Assembly (NCBI GenBank): GCA_035193785.1
Contig: CP136572.1
Location: 4,468,578 to 4,532,577, forward strand
Direction of reading: 5' to 3'
DNA: 64,000 nt
Origin: Planktothrix sp. GU0601_MAG3
GTDB taxonomy: Bacteria > Cyanobacteriota > Cyanobacteriia > Cyanobacteriales > Microcoleaceae
Positions 22,210 through 34,672 of this stretch are shown here, in pieces. The notes under the pieces are model-generated. The model was not told the DNA's origin and searched no databases. It saw only the letters and a list, made by a program, of their open reading frames with translations. Positions within the stretch are counted from its first letter, which is position 1; each line of letters begins with the position of its first letter. The translations under genes and the position numbers were made by a program.

Positions 22210-23289
22210 TTAAGCAATTGCCACCGTTGATGAATCGAACAGATAGTCCGTTTCCACCAAATCCCAAGCTTTACCATCTAATGCCATTTGTTCAATCAAA
22301 CTGGCTAGACGCAAGGCTTTTAAGGCTTGTTCTCCACCCACAGAGGGTTGATTTCCACCCCGAACACAACTGACAAAATGTTCTAATTCAGCGTGTAGGG
22401 GTTCAATATTACTGGTATGAACTTTTTGAATTAACCCATCTTGACGATAGAGAACTTGACCATAATCCGTAACATAATTAGCCGTGGTTTGTCGATGAAT
22501 TAAAATTTCATTATTGAGAAAATCGGCTTCAGTTAGGGAATTTTTGCAATGGGCAACAATAGAACGTAATTTGCGATGGGTGACTTTACTGCTAATTAAA
22601 TTGGCAATAACGCCATTAGCAAAACCGAGGGTAGCGGTCACATAATCTAAATAGCCAGAGTCCGAAGCCCGACTACCACTAGCTGTTAATTTAACCACGG
22701 GAGCCGCCACTAGATCTAACATCAAATCAATATCATGGATCATTAAATCCAAGACCACCGAAACATCATTGGCTCGGTTAGAATAGGGACTCATCCGACG
22801 GGCTTCTAAGGCTAAAACCTCCTCCGTTTTTAAAACTTTACTGAATTCTTGAAAAGCGGGATTAAACCGTTCAATATGACCCACCTGCAAAATTCGTTGA
22901 TAATCCGCCGCCGCATTTACTAATAATTCAGCCTCACCAATACTTGCGGCAATGGGTTTTTCAATTAAAACATGAACCCCAGCTTGTAAGCAGGCCATAC
23001 CCACAGGATAGTGTAACCGGGTTGGAACTGCGATACAAACGGCATCTACTAGGGATAAAAGGTCTCGATAATCCTCAAAAAACCTCACTCGGTACTTACT
23101 CGCCGTATCGAGTCCCCGTTCAACACTGAGGTCGGAAACTCCCACGAGTTCCACGTCCTTGAGCATACTCAAAACCCGGGTATGATGCTGCCCCATATTA
23201 CCCACACCGATCACACCAACTTGAATCGGGTCAAGGTAATTCCTTCCAGCCATAGCATTTGAATATCCAAGGGACATCCTGTTTTGCAC
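22210..23289 (-). CDS. Gfo/Idh/MocA oxidoreductase
   Basis: GVGNMG, EKPIA, GHIERFNPAF, DLMIHDID; GTG start after an AGAGGA RBS. Confidence 0.88.
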   Translation of the reverse strand: MQNRMSLGYSNAMAGRNYLDPIQVGVIGVGNMGQHHTRVLSMLKDVELVGVSDLSVERGLDTASKYRVRFFEDYRDLLSLVDAVCIAVPTRLHYPVGMACLQAGVHVLIEKPIAASIGEAELLVNAAADYQRILQVGHIERFNPAFQEFSKVLKTEEVLALEARRMSPYSNRANDVSVVLDLMIHDIDLMLDLVAAPVVKLTASGSRASDSGYLDYVTATLGFANGVIANLISSKVTHRKLRSIVAHCKNSLTEADFLNNEILIHRQTTANYVTDYGQVLYRQDGLIQKVHTSNIEPLHAELEHFVSCVRGGNQPSVGGEQALKALRLASLIEQMALDGKAWDLVETDYLFDSSTVAIA

Positions 23290-23439
23290 TCCTCTAGTCT
23301 CCTCCACCACAGAAATTAAGCCCATCGGCTGTCCATCAGCAGTGTAAATCCATCCAGATACTATCACAGCCTTGGATTTTGTAAAGAAATTTTAATTAGG
23401 TGTTGGCACTTAACAGGTAACAGGTAATACCAAAAGTTT

Positions 23440-23570
23440 ACCTTCCCTACCTCCCCCGCTCCTCCTACCTCCCCTGCCCCCCTACCTCCCCTGCTCCCCC
23501 TGCTCCCCCTACCTCCCCTCCCTCCCCTGCTCCCCCTGCCCCCCTGCTCCCCTACTCCCCCTCCCTCTCT
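23440..23570. repeat. C-rich short tandem repeat tract (CCTCCCCTG/CCCCTAC type)
   Basis: Imperfect 8-9-mer iterations. Confidence 0.85.
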
Positions 23571-23787
23571 AGTATTTTCTTTACTTATTGTTACAAAAAG
23601 AGATTATTCTCAGAATGGTATTTACTAAAGATCCAGTTCATTTTATAATTCCTTTAGCTTTAATCCAAAATTAATACCTAACCCGTCCTTAATTGACCCA
23701 AAGGTTAGGGAGATTTCAGCAATGAAATTAATAACAGGGTTAAGTATAAATCATGAATTCACCCTGTAAAAAAACTAGGTATTTATC

Positions 23788-24273
23788 ATGACAGTTAGCT
23801 CATCTACACCCAAAGAGGGAAGTTCCCGAAAGCGAACCAGTGGAACAGCCAACTCAAATCAAGATAATAAAACTGAAGCTGAACAGCTTAAAGTAGATCC
23901 TGTTAAAAACGAACCAACTCCAGATATGAGCCAAGAAACTAAGTTAGATATTGTGGACAAACCTGCAAAAAAAGGCTCTGAAGCCAATACTGCACCCACT
24001 CAAATTCAAGTGGCTTCGATGGCGACATTTATGAATCGTCCAATTGAACATAGCCATCTTGAAATTTCAGGAATGCTATCAGCAAGACGTCCTATTTTTA
24101 AAGCGAGTAGTGCTAGTAATGTAGCCTTTATTCATTTAGAAGATGCGGTGGGAGCTTTAGCAAATCGCCCCATTGAAGTTAGTCATTTGCAAATTACCTC
24201 CATGGTAATGAATCGTCCGATTGCTACCAATGATGTTGATGATCCAATCACTTTAATGGGATTTCTGGATTAA
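23788..24273 (+). CDS. Hypothetical protein with (N/R)RPI repeats
   Basis: Low-complexity N-terminus, four RPI motifs, ends LMGFLD. Confidence 0.75.
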   Translation: MTVSSSTPKEGSSRKRTSGTANSNQDNKTEAEQLKVDPVKNEPTPDMSQETKLDIVDKPAKKGSEANTAPTQIQVASMATFMNRPIEHSHLEISGMLSARRPIFKASSASNVAFIHLEDAVGALANRPIEVSHLQITSMVMNRPIATNDVDDPITLMGFLD

Positions 24274-24398
24274 ACACCAAATTGAATTATTTTTCATGGA
24301 AATCGGGTTTCCGAACCAAGGCTTATGTTTTTATTCATAAGTTAGATAGGGGAAATCCGATTTATTTTGTCAGGAAAGTGAAGCGCTAGGGAACAGGG

Positions 24399-24541
24399 CA
24401 GGGCTGTTTCATTCTTTGTAGGGGCAATCCCCCCGTGGTTGCCCCAATCCCTGAAACGCCTGCAAATCTTGGATGGGGAGGGTAGGCACGGGGGCACTAC
24501 CCCTACAAAACCCTGGTTTCCCTGAGAATGAAACAGCCCTG
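24399..24541. mobile_element. 143-bp MITE with ISAs1-like TIRs carrying a GTAG REP pair
   Basis: Perfect 17-bp TIR CAGGGCTGTTTCATTCT / AGAATGAAACAGCCCTG; flanking GGGAACAGGG at 24389-24398 and 24542-24551. Confidence 0.85.
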
Positions 24542-24728
24542 GGGAACAGGGAACAGGGAACAGGCAACAGTAGGTTATGAATAGGTTACAAGGTTTAGTA
24601 TTGTTCTAACCTTAATTGGTAGCGCTATAACTGTAGGTTGGGCAGGTTTAGAAAGGTTATTGGTGGGAAGCATAGATTTTTACTGAACCTGCCCCTACAG
24701 ACCATTGTAGATTGGTTTAGGTAGGTTT

Positions 24729-25611
24729 TTAAAGTAAAAATCCACCAATCATTCCCCCTAATAAAATAAAACCAATTCCCACATTATTCTGAAAGATTTT
24801 AGCATAAATAGGTTTAGGAAGATCGGGATTTAGTAGTTGAACATATTGCCTAGACCAGAGTATAATAGAAAGGATTAGAGTCAACCAATATTCCCAATTT
24901 AATTGAAGATTCCAGCCTAAAATTCCCAATAATATTCCCGTCCCTAAAAACAAAATTCCCACGGCATTCGCCGATTGATCTCCGAAAAAAATAGCACTGG
25001 AATTGATACCTAACCGTTGATCATCTTCCCGATCGCTCATGGCATAAACCGTATCAAATCCCAACGTCCATAATACCGTGGCTCCCCATAAAAACCAAGT
25101 AGAGGTCTGTAAAGTTCCCACCGCCGCCGTCCAACTAATTAAAACAGCAAATCCCCAGGCAATTGATAATACTAATTGGGGCACAGGAAAGACTCGTTTT
25201 GCTAAAGGATAACCAATAATTACTGGAAACTGCGGCCACAGACAAGCCAAAACTCAAGGGGTTTAAATAAACCGCCAGTCCCGCCGCACAAGCAAAGGAA
25301 ATCACCGCAATCACAATCGCCGTTTTTACCGTTAACGCCCGGGAAGCCAAGGGACGGGTGCGGGTGCGTTCCACTTCCGGGTCAATATCCCTATCCCATA
25401 AATCATTCACCACACAGCCCGCCGCGCTGGTGGCCAAGGTTCCAAAGACAATAATTAAAATTAGACTTAGGGGCGGTGTGCCATGGGTAGCCAGAAAAAT
25501 TGCCCACAGTGCCGGAATCATCAAAATCAGACGTCCGGCGGGTTTATCCCATCGCAACAGCCGAATAATCGTTTGCCAAGTGGGTTCGGGGGGATTAGAT
25601 TGGGTGAGCAT
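24729..25611 (-). CDS. ubiA: 4-hydroxybenzoate solanesyltransferase, UbiA family (frameshift at 25226-25230)
   Basis: LLRWDKPAG, NDLWDRDID..VERT..RPLAS, FDTVYAMSDREDD. Confidence 0.9.
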
Positions 25612-25714
25612 GGGAGGTTGGATCAAAAAAATTGAATTGAATCTTCACAATATTTTTTAACATAGATCCGCCCTCGGTTTAAAATTAAAAGCAGTAGCTT
25701 CTTAGAGACTAATC

Positions 25715-27359
25715 ATGGTCACATCAATGCCTTTGGTGAAAGGATATGAACCCGCAGACGACCGAGATCGAATCCTAGCCGCCATTGATTTAGGCACGAA
25801 TTCTTTACACATGGTTGTGGTGAAAATTCAACCCCAACTGCCGACATTTACGATTATTGCCCGGGAAAAAGAAACTATTCGTTTGGGGGATTGTGAGGAA
25901 AAAGGCAATCTCAAACCGGAGGGAATGGAACGGGCCATTACTTGTTTAAAACGGTTTCAAGGTATTGCTAAAACCTTTAACGCCGAACAAATTGTGGCGG
26001 TGGCCACCAGTGCCATTAGGGAAGCACCCAATGGCCGAGAATTTATTCGCCGAGTCGCCGATGAACTGAACTTAGAAATTAGTTTAATTTCCGGTCAAGA
26101 AGAAGCCCGACGCATCTATTTAGGGGTGCTGTCGGCGATGGAATTAAATAATCAACCCCATATTATTATTGATATTGGCGGGGGGTCTACGGAATTAATT
26201 TTAGGAGATGGTTGGGAACCTCGATTTTTAAGTAGTACCAAAGTTGGTGCTGTTCGATTAACTAAGGATTTTGTCCATAGTGATCCGATTGGTCGCACGG
26301 AATTTTTATATTTACAGGCTTATATTCGCGGCACATTAGAACGGGTTGTGGATGAATTATCTTCCCATTTACAACCGGGTGAAATGCCTCGTTTAGTTGG
26401 AACTTCTGGAACGATTGAAACTTTAGTAGGAATTAAAGCCAGAGAAAAATCAGGCATAGACCCGACTCGTTTAGGTGGCTGTGAATTAACTTTAGAAGAA
26501 TTACAAGAATTTGTCAATCGTATTCGCAAATTGTCCTATGCAGAAACGATTACAAATTCCAGGTATGGCTGACCGTCGGGCGGAAATTATTGTCGCCGGA
26601 GCTTTGATTTTACAAGAAGCTATGACCTTGTTAAATATTCCGTCTTTAAAGGTCTGTGAACGGAGTCTGAGGGAAGGGGTAGTAGTAGACTGGATGTTAA
26701 CCCATGGGTTAATTGATGATCGTTTACATTATGGCAGTTCGGTTCGAGAAAGAAGTGTTTTAACTATTGCTCAGAAATATCGAGTTGATTTAGAACATGG
26801 TCAACGGGTTGCGACTTTTGCTTTAAGTTTATTTGATCAGACTAAGGGATTATTACATAATTGGGGATTAGCCGAACGGGAGTTATTATGGGCGGCGAGT
26901 ATTCTGCATAATTGTGGATTATATATTAGTCATTCAGCCCACCATAAACATTCCTATTATTTAATTCGTTATGGGGAGTTATTGGGATTTACGGAAACCG
27001 AAATTGATGCGATCGCAAATTTAGCCCGATACCACCGTAAGAGTAGTGCGAAAAAGAAACATGAATCCTATCAAAATCTGCCCCGCAGGTTTCGACAAGT
27101 TATTGATCAATTGCATCCTTTATTAAGGTTGTCCGTCGCCTTAGACCGACGCATGATTGGGGCAATTTCTCAAGTTGTTTGTGAATATAAACCCATCACC
27201 CGAGAGTTTGACTTGAATTTAAAGCCGAACCATGCTAATGATGATTGTGCTTTAGAATTATGGAGCTTGAACTTAAAAAAAGAAGCCTTTGAAATTAACT
27301 ATGGATTAAAGTTGGTGGCTAAATTGGAACCTAAACACAATTCAAATCCTCTCGATTAG
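25715..27359 (+). CDS. ppx: Exopolyphosphatase Ppx/GppA (frameshift at 26543-26547)
   Basis: AAIDLGTNS, ATSAIREAPNG, ISGQEEAR, DIGGGSTE, LREG, C-terminal HD-like domain. Confidence 0.92.
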
Positions 27360-27454
27360 ACTCCGATAAATTCCAATCAAAAAGGATTTTAAGGATCTAA
27401 TTATTAATATTTGCTATAGGATTTTGTGAGAGTATAGCCCTACGCATTACAGTT

Positions 27455-27557
27455 GTAGAGACGCGCCATTGGTACGTCTCTACTAAATCCAGAGACGCGC
27501 CATGGTACGTCTATACTAAATCCAGAGACGCGCCATGGCACGTCTCTACTAAATCCA
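27455..27557. repeat. Three tandem ~33-bp copies of the GAGACGCGCCATGG palindrome + TAAATCCA
   Basis: Read directly; lies between convergent ppx and the GT2 gene. Confidence 0.9.
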
Positions 27558-27592
27558 GCAAACTCATGCCCGATTCCCTAGCTCTATAAAAT

Positions 27593-29840
27593 CTAAAATT
27601 GGCCTACTTTCATTCCTTGAATTTTGGGTTTTTTGTCAAAAAGAAATCGGGGTCTAACTAAAGCTTTTAATACCAAAAAAAGCGATTGCAATTCCCCAGG
27701 AGCTTTTTGACTTTTCCATTGACCCGGACGACAAAACAGCAATTCTACTAATTGACGATATTCAGATAAACTCACTGCTTCAAATTCCACCTGAATTGTT
27801 AATTTTTCTCCTTGATATTCACAGGTTTTGATATGTCCCTGTAATCTTAAATTTTCCTCAATACAATTTAATTTAACCCTTTCCTGGGGTTTAAAAATCA
27901 GAGGATATTCAGGAGTAATATTAATTTCTGCACCTGCTTCTGAGAGCTTGGTGGTAATTCCCCAGACGGTTTGATTTTGCATCTCAATTTTTACCACTCG
28001 ACGCAATTCAAACCAATCATAATTATCAGCTTTGGGTGCATCAATAACCATGAAAATTGATAGGGTAATAATAATTAAATTATAAGTACCCCAAATTACT
28101 CCTAAACTGATTCTGGTTTCCGTGCCCATATTCTCTAATTCTAGTGTGCCCCCGATTAAGAGTTTAACTATTGCTGAAGCCGTTAATATCCAGAATACAA
28201 TCAATGGGAAAGCTAACTGTTTATGCAAAATAAAGCGATTTTGTTTGATACCTTTTGGCGTGACATTAAAACCTTTACCAAAAGGATTCAATAGGGTTTT
28301 AAATACCATCAAACACAAATGAAAGCAATGTTGCAGTGAGCAAATTTCATTCAAGAAAAATGAACGACTTCGATAGTTTAACCAGGAAAAAACCATTAAT
28401 TGCAATAGGTATGTTGGAGCAAAGAAATATAACCATTCATTCAAAGATGCTTGAATCGGAAGGAGATTAAAGAAAGCATAAATCAATGGTATTGTCAATA
28501 AATAAATTCTGAATCCAAACATAAACCAATGGACTAACCCTTCTAAATGAGCTAACCTTTGTAAAAAACTTAACCCGGGAATTGTTAAAGGATTAGACTC
28601 AATAAAAAAGGCTTGTAATGTTCCCTGTCCCCATCTTTCCCGTTGGGTTAAATGAGAATTAATATTTTCTGCGGCTAAACCCGCACTTAATTTTTCATTC
28701 AAATAAACTAAACGATAGCCATAAGCAGATAGACGAATTCCGGTAAAATAATCTTCACAAATAGACTCGGTAACAAACCCCCCAATCTGTTTCTAACGCA
28801 CTGCGGCGCACCACAAAAGAAGTCCCAGCACAAACCAGACTTCCGACGGAATCTTTAATTAATTCTAATTGACGATAAAATTGTTCTTCATCGGGAAGCA
28901 AATAGTTTTCTAAGCCTAAATTTCGGGCGATGGGGTCAAAATTATAATAACTTTGGGGCGTTTGGACTAAAGCAATTTGAGGGTCTCGGAAAAAACCTAA
29001 AGTGCGAGTGAGAAAGTTTTTAGTCGGAATAAAATCCGCATCAAAAACCACAATTAGTTCCCCTTTGGTTTTGACTAAACCATGGTTCAAATTGCCGCCT
29101 TTTGCATGAAGATTATCCACCCGAGCAATATATTCACAGCCTAAAATTTCGGCTAATTTTTTAATTTCGGGGCGACAAGTATCATCTAGGAGATAAATAG
29201 TTTTATGGGGATAATCTAACGCCTGACAACCGATAATTGTGCGTTTGATAATAAATTCCGGTTCGTCATAACTGGGAATCAAAATATCAACGGTTGGGGT
29301 AAACGTTTTATCTAAAATCACCTGGGACATTCGATGGGATTCCATAGCCCTATCTTTGATTCTCAGGGATAAATAGAGTTGTAAACAGCTAACCGAAAAA
29401 ATCATTAATTCCACTAAAAATAAACTTAAACTCAAAATCCCCGGGACGGGATGGGTTAAATTCAAGGTAGAAACAGCACGCCATAATAAATATCTAATGA
29501 CAATGGCTAAATTCATCCCAACAATTAAAGCTCTTGTCCCCGTTTGAGGTTGAGGAGATAATTTAATAATTATTCCTGCAATTATCACAAAAATTAAGGT
29601 CGGTAGAAATAAATATTCAGGCGAAATTTCAGGAACTTCAGACAACCAATGGGGGTGATTTTGCCATTGACACAGAGTATTAAAAAATTCTGTGATATTG
29701 GGTTCACCCCTTAACCAACCGATAGTAATAAGACTAATAAATGTGATGAGTCCCAAAAATACTAAGGTTGCAGTTTGAGGGAGGGTATATCCCCAAAAAA
29801 CTAATCGTTTCGGGGGTTTACGACTTAACCTTAACGTCAT
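27593..29840 (-). CDS. Cellulose-synthase-like processive GT2 with C-terminal PilZ-like domain (frameshift at 28789-28793)
   Basis: LLDD, HAKGGN, FDADF, QTPQ, repaired SICEDY, QRERW. Confidence 0.88.
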
Positions 29841-30008
29841 AATCTGGAAACTCCTGTTAAAATCCGCCTGCTCTGGATTGAGTCGGGGGTCATCCCTAAA
29901 TTGCAAAAGGAATCCTTTACATTATTTAACATTTTTTCATAAAATGAAAGGATTCTGCTCTCCTTTTTGGGAATAATTTTGGTTTTCCAGTAGAAAATAA
30001 GGTCTAAC

Positions 30009-33000
30009 TTACTCCCAGGTTTGTAATTCTGCTATCCAGTTGTTCCAAAGGGTGATTAACTGTTCCCGACGGGTTTCAAAATTAGCAGCAGTCCACATTA
30101 AAATTACCCCTAAAACAAATAAAATTATCCACTTGATAAAGGAATAAACAGAATTAAGAATAATCAGTTGATTCACAATATCAATTAAAAATATTGCGGT
30201 TTCCAATATAGAGAAAAGCTCTAATTCTTAATCCTAATCCGACAAAAATTGTCACTAAACTTAAAATTCCTGGAAGAATTCCGCTTCCTTGGAAATTACC
30301 CAAGGAAGTTCCACATAAAAGACCCGCACCCAAGACGCGAAACCCGTGGCGTAAATCCCGATTTTGTTCTGATTTTAGAGTGGGTTCAACCTGGGAAAAA
30401 TAGAGCACTGAGAAGGATATGGGGAGAGTGAAAATAAATATATCATCCGTTGAACCTAGCCAATCATAAAAGGCAAAAATGATTACGATTAAACTTAGAT
30501 AGGTTAACCGAATATTTTGGGTAAATTTTGCTAAAATAATATAAAATAGGGTTCCAAAGATGGCTGAAAAATACCAAGTTAATTGTTGTTCTGGTGGCAG
30601 AATAAAATGGGAACCGATAAGGGTGATTACAGGGAGAATAATTGCTGCTCTTTTCCAAGGTTTAACTGGCCAGCCCCAAATATTCCAGGGAAGAATATAA
30701 AAGAAATAAGATAAAATTGAGACTAACGACCCCGACCAGGGAATCAAAAAGTCGCTTAAATCAATTAAATTCTGTAGATAAATTACTAAACCCGTTGCTT
30801 GGATTAAACCAATATAAACCCAAGTTTCCGCCGTATCTACATTGGAATTATGGCGACCTTGGAATAGGGAATAACGAATTAATAATACACTGGTTCCAAT
30901 TGTTAATAAAAATTGGGAGTTAATGGGGCTTAAAGTCACCAAACCTAATAATATACTACTGATAAACCAATGCAGATGGGCAATGTTTTTAATTTCGGCT
31001 TCAGGAATCCGTAAATACCCTGTTAACCAGGGACTAAGAATTCGGTAGCCATACATTAAACTGGTTCCTAATGTAGCAAAAGCAATCCATTGTTCTGTTA
31101 AAGGTTGGGAATTAATTTGATATAATAATATTTCATAGGTGGAAACAGAAACCCCGATTAATCCTAAATAAACTAGGGGTTTAGCTGGAATATTTCTTCT
31201 GCCAATCCCAATTAAAATTAAGGCGAATCCTAAAGAGATTAATCCCGTCCAGTTGGCGGAGGTTTGAAACTCGAAAAACAATGGCTAAAATACCGTAAAT
31301 AATTGGGATAATTTGCCAAGGATTAGGCAATTTTTCAATTTGATATTGCCGTTGCCACCAGTCCCCGAATAGTTGGGTTGTTAGTCCTAAAATAATATTA
31401 GCAACTGCTAAACTAACTAAAGATTGATTGCCAGAAATCAATATTTCAACAATGAGTAATTCCACAGACCAAGCTAAACCATATAATATCACAGCAGAGA
31501 ATCCAGACCTAGCTATTTTCTGAGGGTTTTCCCAATCTAATCCTCGAAAAATCAAGGCTGCAATCAAAACAATTAAGGTATAAGTCAGGGTGGAGTTCAT
31601 CGGAATTTTATACAATAAAATTCCAAAGGAATTAAGGGTTATAATTGATAGTTCAAATCCCAAAAAAGTAACAGCCCAACCATCAAATGCTTGTTGATAA
31701 ATTCTAACAATATGGGATTGATTCACACCATAACGGAATAATATGAAACGTAATACCCATAATCCTACGATGGTTAAACTGCAAAACATTAACCATCCTT
31801 CTGTTGTGACCAAATCCTTGACGGATAGGAATAAAAAAGCTAATCCTAAACCCACGGTAAAAACCGATGAAAATAGGGTTTTAATAATTTGAGTATTAAC
31901 AACCATGAATATTGTTGTTAAGCCTAAACTCCATAAATGAATTTGAGGATTGGATAGGGTTAAAATCTGAACTAAACCACAGGCTATTATACTAAAGATA
32001 ACGGCTTGTTTTTGTTGAGATTCTCGGGTTTGTGTCGCTACATAAGTTAATCCTAGGGGTGTGATTAACCAAGCTATTGTTGAGGGCTGTAGCTGGTAAA
32101 ATTCAAAGTTATTAAACAATAGAATATAACTGATTCCCGATAATAATATTCCCAGGTATAAGGCATCTTTACGGATAATATTTGCCACGGGAATATTGGC
32201 CGTAAATAATATAAATTCACCCACCATTAAGACTAATAAAATCATCGCCCAATCGTCTAAAGCTAAGTTAGGAAACTGCCAGTTAACCAGATTAGCAAAG
32301 GTGACTAATCCTAAAAGATGGGTTGCCAAAACTCCCAGAGTTTTTAGGGGTTGACGACGACTGATAACCATTGCTAAAGTAATCGTTGAGACTAACAGAT
32401 TTAGCGCTAGTAATGCCGGATTTGATAGGGATAAACAGGTTAAAAACGCCCCAAATACCAAACTCAGGAAATCTCCCAACTCGGCTACCTTTCGTTGCGG
32501 ACGGCGATAAATCCAATCCGTTACAACCACCATAAAAATCAAATAGGGAAACCAGGTTAAACTCAGTAATGCCCAAGGAGAATCCTGAGAATTGGTGATT
32601 TCTACCCCGACATTAATGGCAGTTTTCCTTAATTCTGGTGGGATTAAACGACCGACTAAAGCCACCATTGATAACCCAAAACCAAATATTGCCACCAAAT
32701 CTCGCCGTCGCCAATATTTTAATAAATGGTGACTAAAAATCCCCACACCAATTCCACTGACTAAAAACCCCTGCCAAGGTTGGGTAAAAACCGTTACTAA
32801 CCAACCCAATAATAAAATAAAATAGCTAGAACGATGTAAAATTAATGAAGAAGAAATATAGAGAAATCCGGCAAAAATTCCTAAAGCCAATCCTAGTTGA
32901 CTAATCTCAACATTAACCACAAAAATTGCCCGACCGAAAAGCAAAGTTAAAAGATAAATAACAACAATTTTAAAATCAATTTTTGGGTTAGGAGGGGAGG

Positions 33001-33787
33001 ACGAAGTAGCGGGAGGATTGGCGATGGTTAAAAATCCCGTAATCACAATCCCCAAATAGACAGCAATGAGAGAAAATCCAGGGATTTGCCATCCCCAGTT
33101 TAAATAACTTAATCCTAAATGATTGAATAGAAAACGGCGTTGGAATTGTCCTTGGTTTCGATATAAAGTTACGGTTAAAGTAGTTAGGGCTAGGGCAGCA
33201 ATAGCAATAGTTAATAAACCCCAGGGATTTGACCACAACTTTAACCCATCCATTGCCCAAAAATTCAAAGGAATTAATAATAAAGTGACTAATTTTAAGG
33301 CTTCAGCAGTTACAGGTAAACGGGACTGTTGACTTCCCCATAAACTCGCCCCCCAAAAAGCCAAGGTATAGGCAAATAAAACCAAATATTGTCCAGTGGC
33401 GGGAAATTTTTCCCACTGACTGGCGGCTAAAACTCCAGAGGAAACAATGACTAAAAATAATCCTAAAAATAATAGCCAACGAACACTCAACTCGGACTTT
33501 AAGGATGCTACTAAATCGGTAGCAAAATTAGGAAATTGCCAAGCGGGTTGAGGGGATGGAGAAACAACGGGCTTGGGAGTTATTTTTTCTGCTAAAACCC
33601 GTTGATTATTTCTCGAAGTAACCGTCTTTTTAGGTAGGGGGTCACTCAAATAAAGTTCACCAATTTGACGAACTTGTGCATCGGATAATAAACCCAAATT
33701 CAGCCAAACTTCTAACCCCTCTAATAACCTGGGATTGGTGCTATCCGCCTGAATTAAAATGCGAATTAAAGGTTTTGAAACAGACAT
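30009..33787 (-). CDS. Large polytopic membrane protein, DUF2157-like (frameshifts at 31266-31270 and 30199-30203)
   Basis: LLEGLEVWL.LGLLSD, ELSVRWLLFLG..LV.VSSGVLAA, C-terminal AANFETRRE. Confidence 0.75.
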
Positions 33788-34245
33788 AAGCAAAACCGGG
33801 TGTAGGGTATGGGAAAGAATACTGGGTAGACTTTAATTTAATCTATTTTTATATTTTAAAATATCTATTATGATATACTAACTCATAGGTACTGATTTCG
33901 TCTGTTATGTAGCAAACCGACCCCCCACGTTCCCCAAAAGACAGAACAGAAACCGCAAAAAGTTGAAGAACTAAACGCAATATTGCAACGTTATCGAGAA
34001 CAATATGGGGATTTATCCCAATAATTAAAATAGAGACGCGCCGTGGCACGTCTCTACGGGTTTTTGTGGGTTTGACCGCAATCTTTGTTAGAATCCGTTA
34101 CGCGCCCAAACAACCATGGAAATCGAAAAAGTAAATAGCACTAACAGCGAAACCCAGCCTAATGACAAAATATCCATAGTGGTGTATTAAAAAAACGTTG
34201 CAGAATAACTCTACCGTAGATCATAACTTGAAATGGCGCGATCGC

Positions 34246-34670
34246 ATGAACCCTAACTCCTCCTCAAATTTTACGGCCACCGAACGGTTAGAATCCTTAA
34301 AGGGTGGTCTTATAGCCGGTTTTTTTGTCGGACTAAGCCATCTTGTCCTAAGTGGTGTCAACCTGTGGCTTTGGGACGCACCCGTTAATGTCCTATTTTC
34401 GACCCCCCTAGCCGGGTTTAGCGGGTTTTTGTTTGGAGTCACCTACCGCTATATTATTCGCCGGGACGATAATCCCCAGTTAAAATTAGGGGGGATTTTT
34501 GCCTTTGGACTGGTATACGCGCCCTCGCCGGACTGGAAATTCAACTCCATACCCCAACTTCCTTCGCACAAATAGCCCGGTTTGGGGGAGAAAGTTTATT
34601 ATTATTTGGAATAGCTGGATTGATTTTAGATATAGCCTTACAAAAAGGTTGGGTCAAACCTTTTAATTAA
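34246..34670 (+). CDS. Conserved cyanobacterial membrane protein (2-nt disruption near 34513)
   Basis: ERLESLKGG, FLFGVTYRYIIR.D.NPQLK.G, C-terminal GWVKPF in another frame. Confidence 0.7.
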
Positions 34671-34672
34671 TC

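Noticed and set aside
34512..34519. Frameshift GTAC->GTATAC as part of the GAAC/GTTC pattern
   Set aside because: Different motif and a 2-nt insertion; a single case, so I cannot tell error from real mutation.
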